DNA of 64,000 nucleotides from Candidatus Latescibacterota bacterium (lineage in GTDB: Bacteria > Latescibacterota > UBA2968 > GCA-2709665). Position 1 is the first letter of the stretch. Each line of letters begins with the position of its first letter. Where the stretch lies: positions 3,136,001-3,200,000 of the forward strand of contig OZ244744.1 in the NCBI GenBank assembly GCA_965219455.1, read 5' to 3'. The position numbers were made by a program, and so were the translations under genes. The notes beneath the pieces were generated by a model, which searched no databases, was not told the DNA's origin, and was given only the letters and a program-made list of their open reading frames with translations. Below, in pieces: positions 1-8,838 of this stretch.

Positions 1-783
1 GGTGAATGTCTTCCCTGTGAGCGCTGCGGCCGTCAACCCGGTTTCCAGCGCTCCTTCGTCGAACCGGTCCTGCGGGGCGGAGCAGGCGGAAAACATCCAA
101 CGCCGGGCGCATGCTTCCCACGCTTCTGCCCGCTCGTGTCCGGACAGAAACAGATAGCAGGCCGCCAGGCCGTGCGCCGTCCACGCGTTCTCCTCCATCT
201 GCGTATCGGCGTAAACCCCGCTCTTTGGCGCCATTTCTCCAAACCGTTCGAGATAATCCAGGCAAATTTCCGCCAGCATCATCCGCGTTTCATCGTCCAC
301 GTACGGCATCAACATCAGGGCCGCGGAGGTCATATTCGCAATGGTCCCGCCGCACTGGCTTTCCGGGAAAAACCCCCGGCCCTGTTCGCCCCACTTTGTA
401 CCCCAGGACCTCGGCATTCCCAGACCGGTGGACGGCCGCAGACATTCCTCCAGACCCGTATCGTGTGTGAAACACAGGTACCTGATCGCCTTGACGACAA
501 CTTCCCGCAGTTCGTCGATCGACAGTCCCGCGGTACTCTCATCGTATTCCGGCGACGTACTCACCGCGGCCAGGGCGTGCAACGGGACCGCCGTCTCAAT
601 GCCGTACCAATGGACCCCGCCGAAAAAATGCCCGCAACGGGGGCGCCCGCCCCAGTCCTCAAAATAGCTCAGCGCGGTCGGAAACCACTTCTGTGCCATC
701 CTCAGATAGCGCCGGCTCGTCGGCGTCTCGGCGGCGGGTATGCACGCACCCTCCAGTCTGGTTATCATGTCTACGGTGACCAT
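1..783 (-). CDS. Hypothetical protein, 3' end runs off the window (possibly an alpha/alpha-toroid carbohydrate-active enzyme)
   Basis: Not in the ORF track. Reading the minus strand from ATG at 783 (GGAGGG 9 nt upstream) gives an open frame to base 1: MVTVDMITRLEGACIP...GHFFGGVHWYG...DTQMEENAW...ALTGKTFT. Co-oriented with the two amidohydrolases. Confidence 0.75.
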   Translation of the reverse strand, partial: MVTVDMITRLEGACIPAAETPTSRRYLRMAQKWFPTALSYFEDWGGRPRCGHFFGGVHWYGIETAVPLHALAAVSTSPEYDESTAGLSIDELREVVVKAIRYLCFTHDTGLEECLRPSTGLGMPRSWGTKWGEQGRGFFPESQCGGTIANMTSAALMLMPYVDDETRMMLAEICLDYLERFGEMAPKSGVYADTQMEENAWTAHGLAACYLFLSGHERAEAWEACARRWMFSACSAPQDRFDEGALETGLTAAALTGKTFT

Positions 784-816
784 GCGTCATCGCCCTCCAC
801 ATTCAATTAACGTGGC

Positions 817-1614
817 TTACAACATCCGTTCCGCCCGCCTGTAACAGATTTCTTCAAGGGTCTCGTCATCCACCGGCAACACCGCACACTTGACCCTGGC
901 CGCCGAAGGATAGGAGAACGGAGCGTGTGTGCCGAATACGAGGTGGTCCGCGCCGCCCTGTTCGATGAAATCCGACAGATCGCCCATCTGATTCACGTTT
1001 CGACTCAATGTGTAGTGTACTTCCGCCAGGGACAGGTCGAAATACCAGTCGCGGTCCCGAATCTCCGTGCGTTGCCAGACGGGGGTGTTTGCAAGCCCTC
1101 GCGCATTCGGAACCACGATTGTCGCCCCGGAGACCGCGGCAATCAGATTCGCCACGCCATTGAGATCCACCATCCGCCCGGGGTCCATCCAGTGCCTCTG
1201 TCTGACGTCTTCGATCCGATGCGGGATGAACACCGGAAGCCCCCGCTCGGTGCATGCCGCAACGACCTTGCGGGCTTCGGGTCCGTCCACGGCGAAATCG
1301 TGATATTGCGGGAACAGCCGCGCGCCTCGCATTCCCAGGTCTTCGTGGCACCGGCGCAGATCGCCCTCCCAGTTCGGATCGGCCGCATTGATTGTCGCCA
1401 TGGCAATCAATCGGTCGGTAAACCCTTCCAGGTCCTCCGCCAGGCGTTCGTTAGCCGGTTGCACGCTTCGGTGCAATATCGCCTCGATCCGGGATACGGC
1501 GGCCGTCCCGATACCGGCCCGGTCCAGCCGACGGATCAGTGTTTCAGGCGTATTGTCCCGCAAACCCCGAAAAGGCCAGGAACCCAACCACGCATTGATA
1601 TCGACGTACCTCAT
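817..1614 (-). CDS. Amidohydrolase family (TIM-barrel metal-dependent hydrolase)
   Basis: YVDINAWLG start, GARLFPQYH, VFGTHAPF end motif; 4-nt overlap with the upstream paralog. Confidence 0.85.
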   Translation of the reverse strand: MRYVDINAWLGSWPFRGLRDNTPETLIRRLDRAGIGTAAVSRIEAILHRSVQPANERLAEDLEGFTDRLIAMATINAADPNWEGDLRRCHEDLGMRGARLFPQYHDFAVDGPEARKVVAACTERGLPVFIPHRIEDVRQRHWMDPGRMVDLNGVANLIAAVSGATIVVPNARGLANTPVWQRTEIRDRDWYFDLSLAEVHYTLSRNVNQMGDLSDFIEQGGADHLVFGTHAPFSYPSAARVKCAVLPVDDETLEEICYRRAERML

Positions 1615-2453
1615 GCCACCGCCTCCTTCTTCGTCAAGATCGGCGCCGCGCCTTGAGCGGCCAGGATCCGCTCCGCGTTGCCCCAGAAAATCAGGTCCTT
1701 TTCCTCGTCCGTCAGCGTCGCGTCGATGACCTTCCCCACGCTGCCGGTCATGGTTCCGTCCGTGCCGAACAACACCCGGTCGGGTCCCATTTCGGCCACG
1801 GCAAGTTCGACCTGTCCATCGTCCAGATTGCTACCGCTCACGTCGCAGACCAGGTTGGGCGAGGTATCCCGCATCGCGCGAATCGTGTTTTCCCAGTCGC
1901 CGCCGCCGCCGATGTGGGCGTGGATGACCATCGCCTCCGGATACAACCGGTTCATTTCCGCGAAATGACGTCCATCGGAAATCAGCGGCTGTTGATCCAG
2001 GAATTCCCTGCCGCACACGAAGCCCGCGTGCTCCAGGAGAGGTACCCCGCGCTCGATCACCCGTTCGATAACCGGAAACACCGCCGGGTCGTTGATCCTG
2101 TACTGGTTGTAGAGTTTGACGCCGATCATCCCCGCGTCGAGACACCGGTCCACCTCGTCCACCGCCTGCCGGTAGTGCCCCGGAATCACAAAACACATGC
2201 CCCGGATATGATCGGGAAAGCGTTTCATGGCCCGCAACACCGCGTCGTTCTCCGCGCGCACTTCTTCAATAATGGCAAGCCGGCCACCCGTAATGGGTGA
2301 CGAACACCAGTATTCGGTTATACCCAGCATCTCTCCCGTCGAGATCAGCCGCTCGGCGGAAGTCGCCTCCTCCGCCTCGTTCCCCAGATTCCAGACGTGG
2401 CAATGCACGTCGATCTTGGGCCGGCGGAGCCACCTTTCGATATCCAGACTCAT
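1611..2453 (-). CDS. Amidohydrolase family (Amidohydro_2-like)
   Basis: IDVHCH metal motif, IHAHIGGG, VLFGTD; GGAGG RBS. Confidence 0.9.
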   Translation of the reverse strand: MSLDIERWLRRPKIDVHCHVWNLGNEAEEATSAERLISTGEMLGITEYWCSSPITGGRLAIIEEVRAENDAVLRAMKRFPDHIRGMCFVIPGHYRQAVDEVDRCLDAGMIGVKLYNQYRINDPAVFPVIERVIERGVPLLEHAGFVCGREFLDQQPLISDGRHFAEMNRLYPEAMVIHAHIGGGGDWENTIRAMRDTSPNLVCDVSGSNLDDGQVELAVAEMGPDRVLFGTDGTMTGSVGKVIDATLTDEEKDLIFWGNAERILAAQGAAPILTKKEAVA

Positions 2454-2520
2454 TTCACATCCTCCGTAAGTTTGAAAGCGATAAAAGTGCCTCGCCTGTA
2501 AGGCCGACCTCTCAGATGAA

Positions 2521-2857
2521 GCTATCAGCTATCAGCCGTCAGCTGTCAGCTAAAAACGAAAGGCAAGATCAAAGTCCAACCTCTCCTCCCAGCCCCGAAG
2601 ACCTCTCCCCCCGGCCCCCTCTCCTAAAGGAAAGGGGGAGTAACACCTGATGTTGTGCGTTCGCGATATTTCGCCACGATTCCTTCACCAATCGAAACGG
2701 CTCCAGTCAATCAAAACCTCCATCAGTCGATCACAGTTCCCCCTTCCTCTCAGGAAGGGGGACCGGGGGTAGGTCTCGCCTGTTGCTTTTTGCGCCTTTG
2801 GAACGGGTTGGGCGGGGAGCTGACGGCTGACGGCTGACGGCTTAGAGCTGACAGCTT
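2521..2857. repeat. Composite intergenic repeat: heptamer run (GCTATCA/GCCGTCA/GCTGTCA) + CCCCCTCTCC-type palindrome, mirrored at both ends
   Basis: Heptamers at 2521-2551, palindrome at 2602-2640, reverse-oriented relative at 2738-2773, reverse heptamers at 2818-2856. Confidence 0.8.
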
Positions 2858-2858
2858 T

Positions 2859-4619
2859 TTATTCCCTATCCCATGGGAATACGAATGTCGGTTGATTCAC
2901 GTATCGCTTTGCGGTGACAACGAGACGGCTGCCGCTTCCGGGCGCCAGACGTAACGTGAAGAAAGGACAATCCACGGAATGGGTACTGTCGTCGGTCTGA
3001 ACCGCCGTCACCTGGTGCTCGCCGTAGGCCCCCGCCTGGACGATGACGGTCCGATGATCCACCGGATTCACGTTCACCAGAGACACCGTGACCGTCTCGT
3101 CCGTCATCCCCTCCACGAGCGCCGCCACGTCCTCGGGTATCCCCGCCCGCTGGCGTACGGGGTCGAAATATCGCAAACGGCAATGCAGCGCCTCGCCGTA
3201 TCGGGGGGTCAATCCGCCCAGCATCAACTGGGTCAGACAGCTATTGATGGCCGGGTTGTACCGCAGCGTATCGTCCGACATCCGGGTATCGGGCGTGCTG
3301 GTATCCCGACACATGCCGTTCACCTTTTCACGGATTGAGGCAAATTCCCGGCGCAAGGCGGCCTCCGCAAATCCCTCGTTTTCCCCATCCAGAAACTTCA
3401 GCCATGCGTTCCCGGGAACGTATTTCAGATCGTCCCGATCCATTGACCAGTAGTAAACGTCCAGCGCACCCTGGCTGTACGGCGAGTCCTCATAGGCGTA
3501 CCAGCCGTCGTCGCCATACATGTGCGGGTACCTGGTTCTGCCATCCACCGTCCGGGAATTGGCATTTACCGTGGCGAGCATCCTGCGCCATACGTCCACG
3601 TATTTCCGTTGGCCCGTCAGCAACAGCGCGTTGCCGAAGCCCGCGACACCCCGGTATGTCGCGTTCCGGTTTGATAGCTCACCCGTTTGCGGCACGACCA
3701 CCGTGAACCCCCAGCCGTAACACCCGCCATACCACTTTCCATCGCACTCGCCACCGATCGTGCCGTCCAAACCGATATTGCTGGGAAGAATCCCGTTGTT
3801 CACGGCCGCCCTTTCCGCCCAGGCACCCACATAGTCCACCACCCACTCCTTGTATTTCTTCTCTCCAGCCACCATAAACGCGTTCAGACCCAGCGTGGTG
3901 GCCGCCAGATTGATGGGATGGTCGCCAACCACGTCCGTGTAATCCTCGAAATGCGCCAGCATCTCCTCGAAATTGCGCTCTCCATGCGCCGGGTCGAATC
4001 GTCCCTCCACTTCGATTGGATCTCCCGCCCAGTCCAGCGCCGTCGCCTTCCGGAGCAGGGGCCCACGGCTTCCGGTAAACAGACTGCGGATGATCTTATG
4101 CTCCGGATCGTAATTCCTGGCCTGCGGGTCCTCATCCATATAGAGCCCCGCGTACCGGCGCGCACGGTGCTGAAAGCTGATATCGTATGGATCCGACAAT
4201 CCCTGTAAATTGAAGACGGCCAGGCTTTCACCGTGGTGGAACCAGTCCAGGCTGACCGGAAACTCCTTATATATCATCCCATCCCGGGCCAGCGGCACCT
4301 CCACGGTTTTCGCCTCCGTATATTGCAACAGGTGTCCCTCCCACCCCAGCTTGTACATGTTCAGAATGCAATCCGGCGCACCCGCCGCGTGGAGAATCGG
4401 CCAACCCGTCAGATTCTCGATCGCGTCGTCCGGCCCGTCGTTACCACCCCAGCGGGGTACGCACTGGAGATAACCCCGCGAGTCAAAGTACCGGTTGAAG
4501 AATTCTTCGCACGCGCGCGTCTGCGACCGGATTAACGCCCTTTCGAGCAACGCCCATTCCGGCGGCGGCATGGGCGTCTCGATCGACACGGTCAACGCAT
4601 TTGGATTCACCTTGGACAT
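2859..4619 (-). CDS. Conserved hypothetical protein (~586 aa; W/Y/G-rich, possibly alpha/alpha-barrel lyase/hydrolase)
   Basis: Long ORF with genome-like codon usage; AAGGA RBS 6 nt before ATG 4619 (ORF track starts at 4625). No motif I can name with confidence. Confidence 0.8.
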   Translation of the reverse strand: MSKVNPNALTVSIETPMPPPEWALLERALIRSQTRACEEFFNRYFDSRGYLQCVPRWGGNDGPDDAIENLTGWPILHAAGAPDCILNMYKLGWEGHLLQYTEAKTVEVPLARDGMIYKEFPVSLDWFHHGESLAVFNLQGLSDPYDISFQHRARRYAGLYMDEDPQARNYDPEHKIIRSLFTGSRGPLLRKATALDWAGDPIEVEGRFDPAHGERNFEEMLAHFEDYTDVVGDHPINLAATTLGLNAFMVAGEKKYKEWVVDYVGAWAERAAVNNGILPSNIGLDGTIGGECDGKWYGGCYGWGFTVVVPQTGELSNRNATYRGVAGFGNALLLTGQRKYVDVWRRMLATVNANSRTVDGRTRYPHMYGDDGWYAYEDSPYSQGALDVYYWSMDRDDLKYVPGNAWLKFLDGENEGFAEAALRREFASIREKVNGMCRDTSTPDTRMSDDTLRYNPAINSCLTQLMLGGLTPRYGEALHCRLRYFDPVRQRAGIPEDVAALVEGMTDETVTVSLVNVNPVDHRTVIVQAGAYGEHQVTAVQTDDSTHSVDCPFFTLRLAPGSGSRLVVTAKRYVNQPTFVFPWDRE

Positions 4620-4699
4620 GGCCATTCCTTTCGATCAACAAAACGTCTGATTGCTGAATCATGGAGTTTCCACCACCCCCAAATGTCCCCTATTCCCTT

Positions 4700-5760
4700 G
4701 CCCTTTTTCTTGCTTCGCCCAAGAAAAAGGGCGAAAAAGAAGGGCGCCGCTCGGCGCGGGGCCGGTTTTTCCGTGAACCACCTCGAGGGCCCAAATGGGA
4801 ATGGGTTGCCCTTTCACCGGACTAGCCCATCCCGAACTATCTTGCCGGACGGAATAGCACGGAAAAACCCCCAGCTCCACCACCGTTCGCTCGATAGGAC
4901 TGCTCGATGTACTGTTCAATAGTGATGTTGTACCTTCAAGCGCGGTATCTGCCTCCACCCGCGTAGCGGATGACCTGTTGTACCGGCGATTCTTCGGGAC
5001 AACAGGGGACGCCTGGTTTTGGCGTTCGAGGCTGATGGTGAGCGGTGCGCTTCATGCCGCGAACAATCCACGTCCCACCGCGTCCATATTGTATTCGTAG
5101 GGGCAACCCTTGTGGTTGCCCGTTTTTCGATTGTTTCCCTTTGTGCCTTTGTGTCTCCGTGTGAGCCTTCTGTGTCGCGTCGCCGGACATGGCGAGAGAT
5201 CCTCCCCTTTTCCTTTAGGAGAGGGGGACGGGGGGAGAGGTTCCCGCGCCCGTCGTGAGATTGCCATCGCCAGTCCGTACGGCGATCTGCCTTTTGCCTT
5301 TCGTTTTTAGCTGACAGCTTACGGCTGAAAGCTGATCGCTCTGTCCGAGAGGGGGCCGGGGGGAGAGGTCTGCGCCCTTCGCGGTCGTCGACATAATAGC
5401 GCTGACGTCAACTGATTCGGTTTTTGGTTTTGGCTGATAGCTCGCCTCCAGATAGCCATTCGGTTATCGAACGCGATGCCTGTCAAGAACACTTCCAGAG
5501 CAGAGCGCGTGGTTCCGTTAAGCAGCGACGATCGGTGTTCAGCCGAGGCTGGTAGGGCAATGTCCGACGTGCATCCAGTGAGGGTATTCGCGCTGTGCAT
5601 ATGGCAGGCCCCGCGCCCAGCGGCGACTTTTGGTTCCTTTTGGTCGTTTCAAAAGGAACACGCCGTAGGCAGGGAATCTGGGGAGATGTGGATGTTGAAT
5701 TTGAATCTCGTCTTTTTGTTCAAGCTGAATGCTGAAAACTGACCGCTGATAGCTGCCTTT
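4700..5760. repeat. Cluster of several short palindromic repeat families
   Basis: Hairpin + CGCCGCTSGGCGCGGGGCC element at ~4700-4763 and inverted at ~5606-5660; REP at 5097-5121; CTTTGTGCCTTTGTGTCTCCGTGTGAG at 5139-5165; CCCCCTCTCC-type at 5202-5240 and 5347-5369; heptamer runs at 5294-5339 and ~5723-5755. Confidence 0.75.
5097..5121 (+). repeat. GTAG-type REP (type B, GTAGGGGCAACCCTTGTGGTTGCCC)
   Basis: Exact reverse complement of the REP-B copies near the RAYT (38356, 51177, 52475). Confidence 0.9.
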
Positions 5761-5846
5761 CGACAAATCGCCGTATAATAGGCAATCGGAACCCCGGATA
5801 CAACGCAAAAGGACGTGGCCCGACGGTGCGCAGTGGAAGAAAATTC

Positions 5847-5875
5847 TTGACTGGCAAACCCACTTTTTCTATTTT
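5847..5875 (+). promoter_or_regulatory. Sigma70-like promoter of the his leader
   Basis: TTGACT (5847-5852), 17-bp spacer, TATTTT (5870-5875); leader ATG lies 10 nt downstream. Confidence 0.65.
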
Positions 5876-5884
5876 AATGACGCT

Positions 5885-6034
5885 ATGAAACCACTGAAAA
5901 ACAATGCGGCCATTCCCCAAAAACCCAACGACATTCCAACGGGGATTCCCTACGCCCATACGGCCCATCGCCATACCCATCATAACGGTTCCGCGACCCT
6001 TCGCGAAACGTGCTCGGCGGTGGACCAGTCCTGA
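5885..6034 (+). CDS. hisL: Histidine operon leader peptide (49 aa)
   Basis: MKPLKNNAAIPQKPNDIPTGIPYAHTAHRHTHHNGSATLRETCSAVDQS*: 5 His (all CAT) in 9 codons, followed by an intrinsic terminator and hisI/hisG. Below the ORF-track length cutoff. Confidence 0.8.
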   Translation: MKPLKNNAAIPQKPNDIPTGIPYAHTAHRHTHHNGSATLRETCSAVDQS

Positions 6035-6052
6035 AATTTGAGTTTAGGAAAC

Positions 6053-6086
6053 AAAAGCCCGCTGTCGAGAGACAGCGGGCTTTTTT
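6053..6086 (+). terminator. Attenuator (intrinsic terminator)
   Basis: AAAAGCCCGCTGTC-GAGA-GACAGCGGGC-TTTTTT; CGGCGG (~6015-6020) can pair with CCGCTG in the 5' arm as an antiterminator. Confidence 0.85.
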
Positions 6087-6165
6087 AATGGGTGGCGGCG
6101 ATGAGCGGATTCGCCGATGACGGCAATCTCACTGGTTTGGCTTATTTTCGACAGGTGACTGAGAA

Positions 6166-6888
6166 ATGGCACACAATGACGACGCATATGGACGGATGAT
6201 GTGGGACTTTCATCGCGGCATACCCGCGCAGGAAATCGTGGAACGTGAAGATGGATGTATTTCTGCCGGCAAGTCGAGTGATTATTTCAAGCCCTTTTGC
6301 GACTGGCCGCCTCACCAGCAGGAGTCGATGAACTATGTGTCAGGACGCGTACTGGATATTGGCTGCGGGCCCGGCCGGCATGCCATCCACCTTCAACAGA
6401 AGGGATTTGACATTCTGGGCATCGACGCCTCGCCCTTGGCGGTCAAGGTGGCCCGGGAGCGCGGTCTGAAGAAGGCCAGCGCTCTGAACGTCACGCAGAT
6501 TTCCTCCCGGCTCGGTCAGTTCGACACCCTGCTCATGATGGGCGCCAATTTCGGTCTTTTCGGCAATTTGAAACGCGCCAGGTGGCTGTTGCGAAAAATG
6601 CGCAATATGACGTCTTCGGGCGGGAGGATTATCGCCGAATCCCGGGACCCCTATACCACCACGAGCAAAGCGCATCTGGATTATCACGAATCGAACCGGA
6701 GGCGCGGCAGGTTCTCGTGCCAGCTCAGAATCCGGATTCGGTACGAACGACATATCGGCGCCTGGTTCGATTACCTCATGGTGTCCCGAAAAGAGATGGC
6801 ATTCATCCTGGAAGACACCGGTTGGCGGATTTCGAAATTCGTTCCTGAAACGGGAACCGTATACGTCGCGATCATCGATAAAGCCTGA
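6166..6888 (+). CDS. Class I SAM-dependent methyltransferase
   Basis: VLDIGCGPG motif I, GIDAS motif II, FDTLLM. Confidence 0.9.
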   Translation: MAHNDDAYGRMMWDFHRGIPAQEIVEREDGCISAGKSSDYFKPFCDWPPHQQESMNYVSGRVLDIGCGPGRHAIHLQQKGFDILGIDASPLAVKVARERGLKKASALNVTQISSRLGQFDTLLMMGANFGLFGNLKRARWLLRKMRNMTSSGGRIIAESRDPYTTTSKAHLDYHESNRRRGRFSCQLRIRIRYERHIGAWFDYLMVSRKEMAFILEDTGWRISKFVPETGTVYVAIIDKA

Positions 6889-6922
6889 CCGGTTCTCAAT
6901 CCTAAGCATGAAGGATATCGCC

Positions 6923-7351
6923 ATGGCTGCCAGTCACACAATTGAAGAAGGCACCGAGATCCAACTCGACTTCGAGAAGCTGTCCAGGGTTGCTGAAACC
7001 GGCCACTCCGTCATCCCGGTTGCCGTACAGGACGTGGACAGCAAGGCGGTACTCCTGATCGGCTACGCCAATGAACAGGCGCTGGACTACGCGCTTGAAC
7101 ATCGAGTGGCGACATTCTGGAGTACATCGCGCAACGAACTCTGGATCAAGGGGGCAACGTCAGGGGATATGCTCGAACTGATCGACGTGCGCATCAACTG
7201 CGAGCAGAACTCACTGTTATATCTGGTGCGCCTGAAGGGCGATGGAACGTGCCACACAAAGGTAAACGATCGGACACGCTACGGCTGTTATTACCGCGGC
7301 ATAGACAACGGAAAACTCAGATTCACAGATCCCAAAACCATCCTGGAGTGA
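6923..7351 (+). CDS. hisI: Phosphoribosyl-AMP cyclohydrolase
   Basis: FWSTSRNELWIKGATSG, INCEQNSLLY, CHT...CYY zinc motifs; start 6923 or 6908. Confidence 0.92.
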   Translation: MAASHTIEEGTEIQLDFEKLSRVAETGHSVIPVAVQDVDSKAVLLIGYANEQALDYALEHRVATFWSTSRNELWIKGATSGDMLELIDVRINCEQNSLLYLVRLKGDGTCHTKVNDRTRYGCYYRGIDNGKLRFTDPKTILE

Positions 7352-7354
7352 CAC

Positions 7355-8215
7355 ATGAACTTCACGCTCGGTCTGCCCAATGGCAGCATGCAAGGTCCGC
7401 TGTGCGACCTGCTCTCCCGCATCGGCCTGGACGTTCGCCCCAGCGGACGCAACGGTCAGGTTGCGATAGACGGTCTCGACCTATTCAGCCAGGCCGTCTA
7501 TATGCGCCCGCAGGATATTCCGCTGGCCCTGGTGAAAGGACAGATCGACTGCGGTATCTGCGGATTGGACTGCGTGGTCGAAACCGAACTTGCACAAGAA
7601 TCCCCAATCGACACCCGAATTCAACGCCTCGCGGAACTGAAAATAAGCCGGGATACCCGCGACTCTGCCCGGGTTATCCTGTTCGGACGGCCGGACAGCC
7701 CGCCGTTGTCGCAAAATGCAACAGTGACGATCAGTTCCGAATATCCGGCGATCACCCGCAACCGATATCCGAATGCGGATATCGACTTCTCACACGGAAG
7801 CACGGAGATCAAGGTGGCAATGAAGCTTTTCGACTACGGTGTGGGTGTCACGATAACGGGCATCAGTTTGCGGGAAAACGGCCTGCAAATCTTAGACGAA
7901 ATCATGGTTTCTCCTATTGTTGTCATTGCACGCAGCCGAATTTCCGAATTCGTCGCCCTGGGAGACCTGTTGGCCGGCGCGCTCGAGGCCGAAAATCAAC
8001 AACTCATCAAATTAAACGTCGACAACTGTCGGAGAAATGCAGTCCTGGATGCGTTGCCCGCCCGGCGCGCGCCGACACTCAGCCCTTTATCGGATTGCGC
8101 CAGCGCGATCGAAACCGTCGTGCCCAAATCGCAAACGGCCGGGCTCCTGATTCGCCTGCGCACGCTTGGCGCGACGGACATTATTGTGCAGAACATCAAT
8201 GCGATCGTGGGATAG
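7355..8215 (+). CDS. hisG: ATP phosphoribosyltransferase (long form, divergent)
   Basis: LGLPNGS, RPQDIP, DCGICGLD, SEYP, HGSTE, TGISLRENGL, and a C-terminal regulatory domain (PTLSPL...LGATDI). Confidence 0.9.
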   Translation: MNFTLGLPNGSMQGPLCDLLSRIGLDVRPSGRNGQVAIDGLDLFSQAVYMRPQDIPLALVKGQIDCGICGLDCVVETELAQESPIDTRIQRLAELKISRDTRDSARVILFGRPDSPPLSQNATVTISSEYPAITRNRYPNADIDFSHGSTEIKVAMKLFDYGVGVTITGISLRENGLQILDEIMVSPIVVIARSRISEFVALGDLLAGALEAENQQLIKLNVDNCRRNAVLDALPARRAPTLSPLSDCASAIETVVPKSQTAGLLIRLRTLGATDIIVQNINAIVG

Positions 8216-8838
8216 AATACACCCAACCGGCAGGGCAGGCGAGAGACGCGGGAGAGATTGATCGGAGAGTGAAAAGGCCGCGGCGGAAAAATATGGAGAG
8301 GGGAAACGGGAAAAAGTGCAAACACGGGATCGCGCGGAACTTAAGACGATGCCGCCGGGACGATCGCGCCGCTCCAGAGCCGTTCCAGGAAATCCCGCCA
8401 CGGCAGGATCAGGATTCCATCTGCGGTTGGGCGCGGTCCCATAGAAAACACTCAGAAACGCCGAACAAATCTAAAATTGATATTCGATTATACATGAATA
8501 TCTAAAACAGACATTTGGATTTTCAAGGCCAGAACGAAGATTTGATGCCGTGTCCAGAGCGGCTTCGCTGTGCTCCACGGTAACGCAATCTGTAACGCTA
8601 CGATATGTTCGTGGCGTTTTTCCTTTTCGGGAGCTTCGACGAACCACCGATAAACACGTCCTATGGGCTGTTGTATTCGGCGGGTACCCGACACTTGGAT
8701 CGGAAAATACATTGGTAAAATTACTTCCAAATATTTATTATTTCATTTTGTATATTTATCCCGGCAAATATCGATGTCGAACCCACTCACAAAAAAGACA
8801 CACAAATTTCGGATTTTTGCAGTTCAATTGAGGATTTC

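Noticed and set aside
136-810. 224-aa plus-strand ORF and the many other long antisense ORFs (e.g. 34913-36724, 58359-59687, 62540-63790)
   Set aside because: They mirror well-supported genes on the opposite strand.
5720-5983. Minus-strand ORF starting MMGMAMGRMG
   Set aside because: Its ATG codons are simply the complements of the CAT His codons in the leader peptide.
7249-8505. 418-aa ORF overlapping hisI/hisG
   Set aside because: Alternative frame, R/P-rich and without motifs; typical GC-rich shadow ORF.
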